Of a DNA stretch of 41,001 bases, positions 9,633-21,107 are shown piece by piece; the stretch's first letter is position 1, and each line of letters starts with the position of its first letter. The notes beneath the pieces are model-generated. The model did not search any database, had not been told where the DNA came from, and saw nothing but the letters and a program-made list of their open reading frames with translations. Origin of the DNA: Sporopachydermia quercuum (taxonomy: Eukaryota); contig BCGN01000009.1 in the NCBI GenBank assembly GCA_001599295.1, positions 620,001 through 661,001 on the forward strand. The letters are read 5' to 3'. Position numbers and translations under genes: made by a program.

Positions 9633-12600
9633 TTCTTTCTCTATAAATAACATTACTTGCTGGTGCTAGCACTGTTTTTATTACTATTTATTATCTTGCA
9701 TATTGATATCAATACTGTGTATTATTCAACTACTGATAAGAACTGATCTCAACGACAGCTCATGTATTCATATTTATCTCTTTCTTTTTTATTACTATCT
9801 TTTATTATGATCTATGATTATTTTGTTCATTAATATTTTACTTATTCATTCATTTAGTCATAATTCTTTATTCATTATATATATAGTTGCTTGGGTCTAA
9901 CGATAGATATTGGTTATGGGGACATCAACTGTCTGGAAAATTTGCTTTAGATGGGGAGGATACGAGTGACAGTGGAAAGATAAGGGTAACAAATCGATTG
10001 GTCTTCATTTGGTTCTATAATTGACTGACCTTCTATTTCTCTATTGTCAATCGTTCTCTTAGTTTTTTATTTTTATTTTTATTTTATTCACCCTTTTTAA
10101 TGCTAGGGAGGAACTTGCTTATCTAATCAACAGTTTGATTATCATTTTAAATTGATGTCATTGGTATGGTTTGCGTGTGGTTTAAAGCGTGTTTTATAGT
10201 ATTTGTTAAACAATGGAAGCTGGTGGTATTCAAACAAAGTATGATAGTATACTTCTGTTGAATCATCAGGAAATATAACAATACAATGTTAGGTTAATAT
10301 ACTTTCTCAACGAAGTATATTAAGGTGTGTATATACAATTCAATCCAAATATGTTCTTGGAATAGAAGTTGAAGCAAGTAGTAGTAGTACTAGTAGTAGT
10401 ATGTATTTGATCATAGCAAGGGACTTTAGCAACCCTCGTATCTATATCAAAGCTTTCAATTGCTAAACTACCTTCATTATCGTGAATAAATTAAAACAGA
10501 ATACACTAAAATATAGCAGAATGAAAAAGGAAGATATTAAAAAATGAATATGATAAACAAAGCTCTATCATTTGGTAAGTGAATTCTTATCTGACTATAC
10601 GAAATCTGCCATATGAAACCTTTTATTTTCTCCACCGCGATACAAAATATCAGAGAACGCACTCTCTGAATAGTACAATACTTATTTCTTCATCAACGAA
10701 AAAGTTAGGAGGTAGTTTCTTTTAATTAAAAAGAAAGATAAAAATGAATGATAATTAACATTGAAATACTTTACTGAATATAAATTCATTCCTCGCATAA
10801 ATTATCTCCTACAGCCAACAGTTTGTTTTGTTCTAGTATAATCATACTCTATTTAGTACTCTACCTAGTACTTTGTTTATTCACACTGCTAATATTCATT
10901 AGTTGGATTTCGATCTACATTACATATAAAGGTAAATAAAAATTCATCGGAAGAGATTCAGGATTTCAGATATACGGGAAACAGAGACCCTTTTTTTATC
11001 AATCTCTTCATACTTCCTTCTCTGTGTTATCTCGATTTGTTTGAAAGCAACTCAGGGCGAAAACAGATCGAATACTACTCTTGTTTCAAGCACGGTTCGT
11101 ATCTTGCGCAAGGAAAAAAGAAAAGAGAAAGATACTAATAATAAATAAATTTGATGACATTTAGAAAGAAGCAATATTTGTTCAATGTTTGTTCATTATG
11201 TATACCGTTAAGACAACTGAGATTGATGTACTTCGATGAGAGGAAGGGAGATCTCGGTTGTTGATACTTCAGATCGGTTCATATTTTTGTTAGGATAGTA
11301 GTGATTAGCATCAAATATTTCTACAATTCTAGAGTTTTATAATAACTACTCTATTTTTGATTTTTAATTCTACCGAGCCCATATGGATAGGATTCTTGCG
11401 TTTGACTCATTCTTCTGTTGGCAATGAACAAAGGAATTGTATTCATAGTTTAACATTCATTGTTCTGACAACGCACGTGCGCGCGCAAGTGATACCAAGT
11501 TTATGCCTTTCAATAACCCTTAGTGTTTTTCCGAGAGTCTCAGGCACAAAAGACGATTTCCAAGCAAAAGTATAATATAGTGGATGACCTTTAAACATCT
11601 ATTTAGTTAACTTATAAGTCAACATAGTAAGAATCACTGAGATAAATGACGGATAATTCATTTGCTATCTCAGCTTCATTGTCTATCTTGATAGATAAAA
11701 GAATCATTGTTGTAGATAAACTTTCACTAGTCTGAACTTTAAACTAAACTTCCGAGTTAATATGTATTAGGTTGAGATTCCGAGATGATCTGCATGGCTC
11801 AGTATGAAGAAAAGGATAACTATATTGAACTGACTTTAGTAAAACAGTAAAGGAAGTAATCATGTCAAACGTTTGTAAATAGTTCTATTCCTTTACTGCT
11901 TGGTTATCCTATTCTTGCGAAGATCATGAAAGCACTCGGCTTGAAACTTATAGATAGTTCATATCATCAATGTTTCCTATCTTTTAACATTAAACAATGC
12001 CTAAACTAGAATCTACCTGAAATATAAACTTTATACCGGTACATCATAATGATCTGCATCAATAAGTGAAGGTCCTCAGACACTAGTGGTAGCAGATTAG
12101 AGAAATTTTACGCAGGTAACACCCAATTAGCTCTAAATGGTTCGCTAAATGGTCAAAGTTTATTCAAGATTTCACTAAAATCTAGTTTCTTTCCTTCCAT
12201 CAACCCATCAACATGAGGCTGGAAACCAAAACAGAATGCATAATGACAATTCTTCTAAAGGCTCAGTTGACTATCAACAAAGCTTTTCGTAATGTTACAG
12301 AAATACACTTGTTTTGATCATTACAAACGCCTATAGGAGCATGAAGGATATTCTAATATTTGATTTTAAACTGCGGACTTTGGTGCCATTCTTACGTTAA
12401 GTATAAGCAAGCATCGTTTTCGGTGCTGGAAGTTGCGTTAGTTATATTTTGGATGATTGGATCAATCTGATATTTTTTAGAGTATGAATAACCTAGAAAC
12501 TCACTTGAAGTTGTTGTTTTCACTTGTATCAACTTTCACGCTCCTAATGTTCACAAGCTTCAAATTGTTAGAAGAGTATCAAAACATTCATTTTTCCCCA

Positions 12601-12923
12601 TCATTCGAAAATACAGCCTGAACACTTATCCCAGTCGGTTGCTGAACTCAACAGAGGTTTACAATAAACAATTTCCATCTCAATAGGAAAGTGTTTTATA
12701 ATCTCATTGGACTAATAGAAAATTCTAAGCTGGTTATATCTACAATTGTCTTGAGAGGATCCTAATATCGAAGTAACTTCAAACTTGTATCAATTGGCCA
12801 CAGCAGCAATTGCCATCCTTTTGTCCAAGTAATCCCCAGTCAGCACATTAAAGCTCACACTTTTTCACTATAGCTAAAACGTCACCAATAATTATCTAGT
12901 GTTACCGTTCACATTCTAATACC

Positions 12924-15251
12924 ATGGTTAAATCAGAAGCATACTCAGCAGTAAGTCCAGCTGCTTCCCAGAATTCTAGACTGACTTCTGATGATATCTC
13001 AATTGCTACTACCACCATTGCAACTGTAGCCAAGAATGCTCGTTCATCTGAATTCTATCCCCTGACAAGAGCTGAGACTATTTCAACTCCTTATCATACA
13101 AGATCAAATATATCACCAAGACCAAATTTGAAATCACGTTCCACTTGGAGTAGAGTTTTCAGTAACTCAAAATCGCCTAGAAAGATTAAGGCTGAGAATG
13201 TTAAAAGTGATATTGATGCTAATAGCAATGATAGCGTTCAAAGAATTACCTCTGAGGAGGAAACTGATAAATTTGAAAGTGAAATAGAACTTATGAATAG
13301 CGAAGAGTCACCAATAGATATTTATCCTATTAAATCTCAACAAAGCAGTCAATCGTCACGTCCAAAGCTACTTTCAAGGTTGAAAACATTTAGTCTAAGG
13401 TCATTCAAGTCGTCATCATCGTCGTCGTCAATAGCATCGGCAGATGCATTGCCAATGGAACAAAGTAATAGTCTAACAAGGTCAAGAACATCAACCGTGT
13501 CATCAAGAAGACAGAGAATTCCTGCATCAGTGAATAGTTCCAATAGCAGTAGCATCTTTCTTATCAAGGCTCAAGATATACCATTAAGAAGAGCCAATAC
13601 ATCAGATTCATCGGAAATAACTGGAGCCTCGACAGGAACTTCGATCACACCTTCTTCACATTTTTCCTTATCAAAACAAAGAAGTATTGATCATTTGAAT
13701 AACAAGAAGGACTCTCAGAAACAAATTGTTGATGGACCAACTTCACCATTATCTCCTGCTTTTTCTTCTAGCTCGTCAATTGCTAACAGACAGAGAATTC
13801 CATTGAGGTCGCACCTATCATTCAATGTAGGATCTGCTGATAATCAGAATAGATCGTCTACTCTTAACTATGATAAGCATAATATCAATTCAAGCCATAA
13901 TGATTTTAGATTTAGGATTGATCCTCATTCTTCCCCTTCACAGCAAATGAAAATGAAAAGATACTCAACAACTCATATTGATTATATGGGCTCAAGGTAT
14001 TATAATCATAACAAACCAACTAACAGCTCTATCAGTAATCATCAGAAGAAAGGTCATATCAGCAATAGCTCTCTTGGCAATACGTTTACAAATTTTGATA
14101 TTATCACTTCTGATAGTTCTAATAATCCTGGGATATCGAAATATTCAAAGTCTTCTCCCTCTAGTCCTAATCCTTATGTTCATCCTAATCCTATACTGAC
14201 CCCTACTGGTTCTCCTTCAATGAAATCATCATCAAGAACATCAGCAATAAAAAGCTCAACTACTACTTCATCTTCAAACTATCAAAAAATAACAAATGAG
14301 CTATCAAAACTAACGGATTCAAACTCAGCTAATTATTGCTATGATCAATTCTTATTAACGCTTGATCAACTAAGGAATACCACTCCTGACACTCCAATAC
14401 CTTTCATGAAACCTTTGCCTTCATTACCATTAGCCATAGACAATTCATATAATTCAACAGGCCAGTCATTCTGGGATAGTAGGAAAAGTTCCAATGGTTT
14501 TGAAAAAGTAGCTAAAAAATCAGGAACAAAGAAAAGAAGCTCGAAAATATGCTATCAAGAGAAATATGAAGAAAATCAGAATATAATTCTGTATAGCAAG
14601 CAGCTGACTTATAAGCAGTTTCTAAAAGTATGGAGATCAAAAACACTCAATATGATTGAAGATTTTCTAATCGATCAACAAAATAGTAATAATAATAATA
14701 ACAGTGAGGAAAATATAATAGAAAGTAACAATAATATATTGAGTGTATTATGCCAAAGCTTTCTGAATCCTTCAATTATTCATGGCCATGAATTAATTCT
14801 ATCGTCATCATGTAATTATTTCTCAGTTTTGCTTCTATGCAAACAAGTTGATATATGGGCAATTGCAACAGTACATATGGATATACCATTCTATGTTTTA
14901 TCAAAGAATAATATGATATCGCATATTTATGATTATGATGGGGCAACAAATATAATACCTTTATTATATGGGACTCTGAAATCAATACCTGATCAATCAT
15001 TCCCAATGGTCTATATTGGAGATGAAGAGCTCACTGAGGATGTTGGTAAGGAAACAATGAGAGTTTTGAAGAAAGGAGGAATTGTTGAATTTTTTGGTTC
15101 GTTGAATAAAATGAAGATATTGATTGATCTTGGGTTTAAAATTGAATATTGGGCAAGGATTAGATGTATAGGTAATGCTTTGATTGAGTATTTAGGTCCT
15201 TATTATAAGTGTGGTACGTTGGTTCAGGTGATAGCAACCATGTTAGATTGA
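12924..15251 (+). CDS. Hypothetical 775-aa protein: long Ser/Arg-rich disordered N-terminus plus a degenerate class I SAM-methyltransferase-like C-terminal domain
   Basis: Uninterrupted 2.3-kb ORF. IPDQSFPMV resembles the FPDNSFDLV motif and ETMRVLKKGGIVE resembles E..RVLKPGG..E. There is no glycine-rich motif I. The CDS is likely real; the domain call is inference. Confidence 0.75.
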   Translation: MVKSEAYSAVSPAASQNSRLTSDDISIATTTIATVAKNARSSEFYPLTRAETISTPYHTRSNISPRPNLKSRSTWSRVFSNSKSPRKIKAENVKSDIDANSNDSVQRITSEEETDKFESEIELMNSEESPIDIYPIKSQQSSQSSRPKLLSRLKTFSLRSFKSSSSSSSIASADALPMEQSNSLTRSRTSTVSSRRQRIPASVNSSNSSSIFLIKAQDIPLRRANTSDSSEITGASTGTSITPSSHFSLSKQRSIDHLNNKKDSQKQIVDGPTSPLSPAFSSSSSIANRQRIPLRSHLSFNVGSADNQNRSSTLNYDKHNINSSHNDFRFRIDPHSSPSQQMKMKRYSTTHIDYMGSRYYNHNKPTNSSISNHQKKGHISNSSLGNTFTNFDIITSDSSNNPGISKYSKSSPSSPNPYVHPNPILTPTGSPSMKSSSRTSAIKSSTTTSSSNYQKITNELSKLTDSNSANYCYDQFLLTLDQLRNTTPDTPIPFMKPLPSLPLAIDNSYNSTGQSFWDSRKSSNGFEKVAKKSGTKKRSSKICYQEKYEENQNIILYSKQLTYKQFLKVWRSKTLNMIEDFLIDQQNSNNNNNSEENIIESNNNILSVLCQSFLNPSIIHGHELILSSSCNYFSVLLLCKQVDIWAIATVHMDIPFYVLSKNNMISHIYDYDGATNIIPLLYGTLKSIPDQSFPMVYIGDEELTEDVGKETMRVLKKGGIVEFFGSLNKMKILIDLGFKIEYWARIRCIGNALIEYLGPYYKCGTLVQVIATMLD

Positions 15252-15975
15252 ACAGGGGAAGGACTGGATGGCGGTGCTAATATTTCGCTGTTAATATAGC
15301 ACTTTCGATATCAAAGACAATCGGCATCCCTATGGCATTGGTTATGTGAAAATAAATATGTTGGAATTAGAATAATTGAACTAGAGCAAAGCAATCAGAT
15401 GAGTCAATCTACTCTGATGAAATAGAGACAACAGACGCGATTATAGGTGAACAAAAAACTAGAAATCTTTATAATCAATTTTATATACCAAAATCAAGCA
15501 ATATATATATGAGTTTAGAAAGATAAGTAGTGAGGCTGAACATATTTCAGTCAAACAGCTGTAACAGTAAACGGTAGCCTAGAAGGTAAATATGTCAAGA
15601 GATTTCTAGTTTAATTGAAGAATATTCATTCTTTCGTCTCAGTGGGTTGCTTTATTTCTGGATTTATTCTTCTATATATGTCATCTTCTAGAGCTGATTT
15701 GATCAATTGCCTTCAGTCGCTAGCTCTTTCTAATGTTTTCCATCATGGATAATAAAACTAATAAAAACTGAAGTTATTATCCTTAGTTTGCTATCAATCT
15801 CTATTTAAACAGAAAAAATGGATGATATTTCAATAACAATAAAGGCTGAGATTATCCTCATATTTAGATAGTTGATCAATCCAATTCATTTACAGATATT
15901 ATCAGCAATCACCAGCGGGGATCAGGCAAAGTGTTTCAGTTGATGAATTTGAAGGTTCTCTTACATTGTAATAGT

Positions 15976-15996
15976 ATCATCATCATCATCATCATC
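15976..15996. repeat. (ATC)7 microsatellite
   Basis: Read directly from the sequence. Confidence 0.85.
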
Positions 15997-17057
15997 CCAT
16001 CATCGCCATCATCATAAAAGCATGGAATTAAGACAAAGAAATTGATTAATGAATTAGCGGAAAACGTGAACCAGGAAGAATTCCTTGATTTCGATAGATA
16101 TCAATTAAGTCGGTAAAGGAACTGTTGAAAGAAATGCCGAAAAAGGGAAGAGATATTGGAGTTGAATGTAATTGATATAAGCGAATATAAAAGAATGTAG
16201 AATATGTAGTAGAAGAAACTGACAGTCACTCTAACATATGTTACCATAATCACTGACAATATTCACATTTATATTTTCATTTCAGTACCACCTCAACTCG
16301 TTCATCTTATCTTTCACCTGAAAGTTGAAAAATTACTTTGCTTCATGACAATTGTCCCCATACAATTAACAGTTGATGTTTTATTTGTTTCTATATACAG
16401 TTGAAAAATTCCCAATAATCTCAAGTAAGCCAAACCAGAAGATATGAAGATTGAAATGGAAATCAAAACAAGAAGGAAGTAAAGAAAAAAAAAAAAAGAA
16501 AAGATAAAATGGAAAAAATAATTCTCGTCACGCAGTTGAGGCAAAATTCAAAGAAATAGAAGATTAAAAGGATATATTAGCCTTGACTTCATTTGCTTTT
16601 AACCCATCGTTAAAAGTGATCTGTAAACAGAATTGGAGTTGATTCATTGTTCGAATTGACTTTCATATAAAAGAAAATGCATAAGAGAAGTATCGATGGT
16701 TAGAGTAGAAAGACAATAGATAATAAACTTGATTTCTATGCCCTATATGATAAACATGAGTGAGCATTGAGTGGATGGCTAATCAATTCACATAGCAAAC
16801 ATTATCAACACTTCCTGTCATATTCTATCAAAACTGTGTAACAGATGAATTATCATCTCTTCATCTCTTCACATCTCACACCTGCCTACCATCATCAGAT
16901 TTCATTCCTTTAACGTTATCACATACGAATAACCTCTAAGTCCTGTGCTGTAGAACAATAAACAATAAAAAGAACCCAAACAACACATATACCAATAACT
17001 AATAATCATTAACCAGCTATTCATTCAAATCCTATATAATAGTTTCAGTTGATCTAT

Positions 17058-17894
17058 CTAGAGCTTAGGAATCTTCAAACTCTTTGAAATCATTGCACAT
17101 CCACTGATAATAAATACACCAACAAATGGATGGAACTTGAAGGGTAAATAGCAATCGTTGAAGAAAACACCACCAAAAATAACGTTATCACTACCTGATC
17201 TTCCCAATTTCACTATCAAGAACATAACTCCGACAATAATCAATGTTGTAGGGATAGGTGTTCCCTCAAAGTACTTTGATTTTCCTCCATTATCCTTGGG
17301 AATTTTAGCAACTGTCACATTGAATCTTGCTAAACGTGTCAATCCGCAAAGAACAAAAAAGCCAAGAACTAGTTGATCAATAGTCGAGTTATATCCAATA
17401 GAATAAGCAATTGATGCTGGTGCCACACCAAAACTAATCAAATCAGCTAAGGAATCAAGTTCTTGACCCATCAAACTTGCTTTCTTCCTAAGTCTAGCAA
17501 CTCTGCCATCTAAGAAATCAAAAAACAATCCAAGTAAAGTATAAATCATAGCAATTATTATATACGAATTGCAGCCATGTTCCTTGAATTTGATGCAGGA
17601 AATAACACTGGAAAATCCACATAATCCATTGAGCAAAGTAATGAAATCTGCCATATGTAGGTTTCTCACTAATGAGAAATGACGATCGTCAGAGTCAAAT
17701 TTGACAAAATCTCCTTCATCAGGTGCTTCTAACGGCGGTAAAGAGCTCAATGACAATAATGAAGATCTTCGGCGTATTATTTTTGTTTGAGTGCCCTTGT
17801 AGGTTCGTGTCTTGATAGTTGTAGTTGATGAGACGTCAACACCTGTAGCTGCTGGTGAGCCTGGTGTGGAGTCAATAGCGGATTCTGATGACAT
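17058..17894 (-). CDS. CHO1: CDP-diacylglycerol--serine O-phosphatidyltransferase (phosphatidylserine synthase), 278 aa from the first ATG
   Basis: HFSLVRNLHMADFITLLNG; CDP-alcohol phosphotransferase motif DGRVARLRKKASLMGQELDSLAD; RLARFN; YFEGTPIPT; RRRSS PKA-type site. Confidence 0.95.
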   Translation of the reverse strand: MSSESAIDSTPGSPAATGVDVSSTTTIKTRTYKGTQTKIIRRRSSLLSLSSLPPLEAPDEGDFVKFDSDDRHFSLVRNLHMADFITLLNGLCGFSSVISCIKFKEHGCNSYIIIAMIYTLLGLFFDFLDGRVARLRKKASLMGQELDSLADLISFGVAPASIAYSIGYNSTIDQLVLGFFVLCGLTRLARFNVTVAKIPKDNGGKSKYFEGTPIPTTLIIVGVMFLIVKLGRSGSDNVIFGGVFFNDCYLPFKFHPFVGVFIISGCAMISKSLKIPKL

Positions 17895-18293
17895 TTCTAA
17901 ATATGTTTCCAAATGGCTTCTCTTACAAGGAAGAATTGGACTTTGAGTGTAGAACTTCTATGAGATAGATACTGATGGTCAATGCTTGATACTTAAAGAA
18001 ACTAGTTGTTTCAATGATATCTACCAACCTGTGTATTAATAGCATCAACTACCGCAATTGATTTCTATCAACGTCACTGCTTACTTAAAGTATCCTAATT
18101 ATCTGTACTATGAAAATTCAGCGAAATAAACAAAAACTGAGCTTCGATTGGTTTCCTGAATAAATAGCTTACGATTTAGAGACAATTCAACAGTTCTTTC
18201 TCATTCATGAAAATCCATTAGTTGATTGATTGATACTTCAATTGCTCTTGATTTCACTATCTTATTTTGTAAACGCAAAACATTTTTGCCTCG

Positions 18294-18304
18294 TTTTCAT
18301 ATGG
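18294..18304. promoter_or_regulatory. Inositol/choline-responsive element (ICRE/UAS-INO) candidate upstream of CHO1
   Basis: TTTTCATATGG fits WYTTCAYRTGS, 400 bp upstream of the ATG; CHO1 is an Ino2/Ino4 target in S. cerevisiae. Confidence 0.45.
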
Positions 18305-18956
18305 TAGTCTTCGTGGTTAGTATTAAAGTTAGAGTACAGAAACTCTAATCAAAAATAGGGATCGAGGGGGGAGGTGGAGAGATGTGAATGTGATTTGCTG
18401 ATGATGTAATAATTAAACAAATGTGAGGGGCTAAGGGGCTTGTTGTGGCTGGCAAGAACAAGTAGAAGAGCACAGGGGGCTTCGCGAGGCTTAGCATAGA
18501 ATCTCCCATTCGAAGGGGAGTATCAAGATGGAGCGAGGAAAAAGTAAAATAAATAGAAGAGGGCAAATAGGTAAAATTTGAGCCCATGCTAAAGTGCTAA
18601 TTGTTGGATTAGTAAGGAAGGCGTGATAATAAATGTGAATGTATGAAGGAACTAAGATTCATGATGATTATATACCAGTAATACAGCAACTGACAGGTAC
18701 CTCTCATTTAGATGTTCACTATGTAGAAATAAACTGTTCTAGAACAACCGAAAAGGAACCGGAAGATCCTTAGCTTTATAAAACCTACAAAGATGGTTAT
18801 TTGATAATGGACCAAATACATTGTTACAGTAAATACTATTAAACACATTCCACCATCCTTACCCGCAATCCGTCCTTTTTGCCCTTTAATCCAATTCTAA
18901 TAACAAAAATAAATAAACCCACGAAGTAACCAAAAGAATAAGTGAACTAAGGTAAT

Positions 18957-21107
18957 TCAAAGCTCATCAAAAGCATAGAATCTAACAACACCATCATCAC
19001 CACCAGATGCAAATCCGGAATCATCTAACGCCACACATGATACAGGTCCTTCATTATGACCAAAAGTATGCATACATTTTCCACTTTCTAGATCCCATAC
19101 TTTTACCATACGATCATGGGCACCGGAGACAATTCTGAAGTTATCAGCACTGATATCCCAAACGCCTTCGACATGACCAAACAACGTTCTCACACATTTA
19201 CCGCTTTCTGTATCCCATATTTTAATGGTATTATCAAGTGATGATGAAATAATATGAGAAGGTCGTTGGGTGAGATTGTTACATTCGCTGTATGAAATAG
19301 ATGATAACCGACGTTGTCTGATTCTTGGGCTTGATGTCTCATCGTCTTCTGATTCTCCTGTATTGTTTGGTTGTTCATCTTCCGACACATCACCTTCGAG
19401 GTGTTCAATATTCATAGGGATTACACATTGTACTTGACCCAAATGTCCCATAGCATTACCCCCAGATAGAACCTTTAGACACTGTTTTGTTTCCAAATCC
19501 CAGATTCTAATAGTAGTATCATCCGATCCACTGAACAAGGTGTTCGATCCACGATGCAACTTGACCGAGTTCACCCATCCAGTATGACCCCTTAAGGTAA
19601 AACATCTACGGTTCTCGATGTTCCATAACTTGATAGTATGATCAGCAGCACCGGAAACAATCAGCTTTCTCCTCTTATCACAGTCGACGCTCAGAACTCC
19701 ATCAGTGTGTCCCTTATATGTTGCAACGCAATCGCCAGTATAATAATTCCATACTTTCAATGTACCATCCATAGAACCAGTGATAAGCTTTTGATCGTCG
19801 AAAACAAGAGCTCGAACACCTCTGGAATGGCCAGTAAGTGTCCGAACGCACTCTCCCGTTTTCAAATCCCACACTTTAACAGTACAATCGTATGAACCAG
19901 AAATTAGGTACTCGTGGTTGAATTGTATACAGATAATACCATCTCTATGACCGTGAAACTCGTGAAGCTTATATTGTCCCTTCCTCCAATTTCGTTCTAC
20001 TTTGAATCTCTCAGAATATACATCTTTCCATGGTCGGGTCTTTGGTTCTGTTTGATTGAATAGTAGATCGACTTCCTGGTTTGTTGTTTCTCCATTTTCG
20101 AGCTTTAACCGTTTGGCTTCCGGAGCCTTTTCTTCTTCAGCTTTCCTTTTGGCTTGTTGTTCAGCTTGAAGCTTTGCTTGTTCGAATTTCCTCTTTTCGT
20201 CCATTCTTGCTTTATATTGACGTAAACGGGCCATTTGCATTAACGGTAAACCCCATCCACATTTCTCGCATTTTCTGTCAATGTGTTGTTCGCACATATG
20301 ATGCCACACTCTATCATCATCAGCCATTTGTCTCCATTTACGTGAAACTTGAGCTGCTTTGCATAGACTAACGCAATCAAGATAACATAGCACCTTCAGA
20401 GCTATTTCAACAGGCAAAACGTTGATGAAATCGATTTTGATCAAGCGATTAACTTCCTGACTAATTTGAGATAATTGTGGAAAACAACATTGGGCTAAAA
20501 TACCTTGAATGATCAAATCACGATGGACTCTTGGAGCAGCTGAGAAAATAGACCAAACATGATTAACAGCTTGTTGATCACTTTTTGATAATTTTTCCAA
20601 CTGACCTTGAATCCTTTCCATCTGCTGCTGGTCTGCTTGTCTATTGCATGTAATCTCAGGGTTATGTCGATAGCAGTATTCATGGTATACGGACAGTGAC
20701 TGGCCTTGTCTGGATGATGTGCTATTGCTGTTATCCTCCAGGGAAAAGCTGAACCTGGTGTTGTCGGAATTGTTGATATTGAAGGTAGATACGTTGCTAG
20801 AAGCAGAAGACTCAAATTCAGTTCCAGTATGCGTTGAAGAATCTAGAATAGGTTTGATGTCTGGGGATGTTTCGATTGATTCATTCTCCACATGCTTATT
20901 TCTGTCGTCGGTTTCCTTATCGTTAATACCAATTATTGTGGCCTTATTTGCTTCGCTTTTGTCTTCATATTTTGAAGCGCCTTTACCGCTCTTTGATTCT
21001 AATTGGTACTGGCTAGGAATGTATTTTGATAGAAAAGGGGTCACAATAGAAGGAGTAGACGATATCGTTGATGACGGTATCTGTCGTTTGCTGTCTTTTG
21101 ACTCCAT
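18957..21107 (-). CDS. MET30: F-box/WD40 SCF substrate receptor of sulfur control (Met30/SconB/Pof1 family), 716 aa
   Basis: YCYRH motif; dimerisation region (VWSIFSAAP...CCFPQLS); F-box (LPVEIALKVLCYLD); CEQHIDRKCEKCGWGLP; WD40 repeats with an acidic insertion. Confidence 0.95.
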   Translation of the reverse strand: MESKDSKRQIPSSTISSTPSIVTPFLSKYIPSQYQLESKSGKGASKYEDKSEANKATIIGINDKETDDRNKHVENESIETSPDIKPILDSSTHTGTEFESSASSNVSTFNINNSDNTRFSFSLEDNSNSTSSRQGQSLSVYHEYCYRHNPEITCNRQADQQQMERIQGQLEKLSKSDQQAVNHVWSIFSAAPRVHRDLIIQGILAQCCFPQLSQISQEVNRLIKIDFINVLPVEIALKVLCYLDCVSLCKAAQVSRKWRQMADDDRVWHHMCEQHIDRKCEKCGWGLPLMQMARLRQYKARMDEKRKFEQAKLQAEQQAKRKAEEEKAPEAKRLKLENGETTNQEVDLLFNQTEPKTRPWKDVYSERFKVERNWRKGQYKLHEFHGHRDGIICIQFNHEYLISGSYDCTVKVWDLKTGECVRTLTGHSRGVRALVFDDQKLITGSMDGTLKVWNYYTGDCVATYKGHTDGVLSVDCDKRRKLIVSGAADHTIKLWNIENRRCFTLRGHTGWVNSVKLHRGSNTLFSGSDDTTIRIWDLETKQCLKVLSGGNAMGHLGQVQCVIPMNIEHLEGDVSEDEQPNNTGESEDDETSSPRIRQRRLSSISYSECNNLTQRPSHIISSSLDNTIKIWDTESGKCVRTLFGHVEGVWDISADNFRIVSGAHDRMVKVWDLESGKCMHTFGHNEGPVSCVALDDSGFASGGDDGVVRFYAFDEL

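Noticed and set aside
15720..16116. Coding-looking fragments around the (ATC)n tract, for example KHGIKTKKLINELAENVNQEEFLDFDRY
   Set aside because: Stops occur in all frames, with no convincing splice sites or recognisable homology; cannot support a gene or pseudogene.
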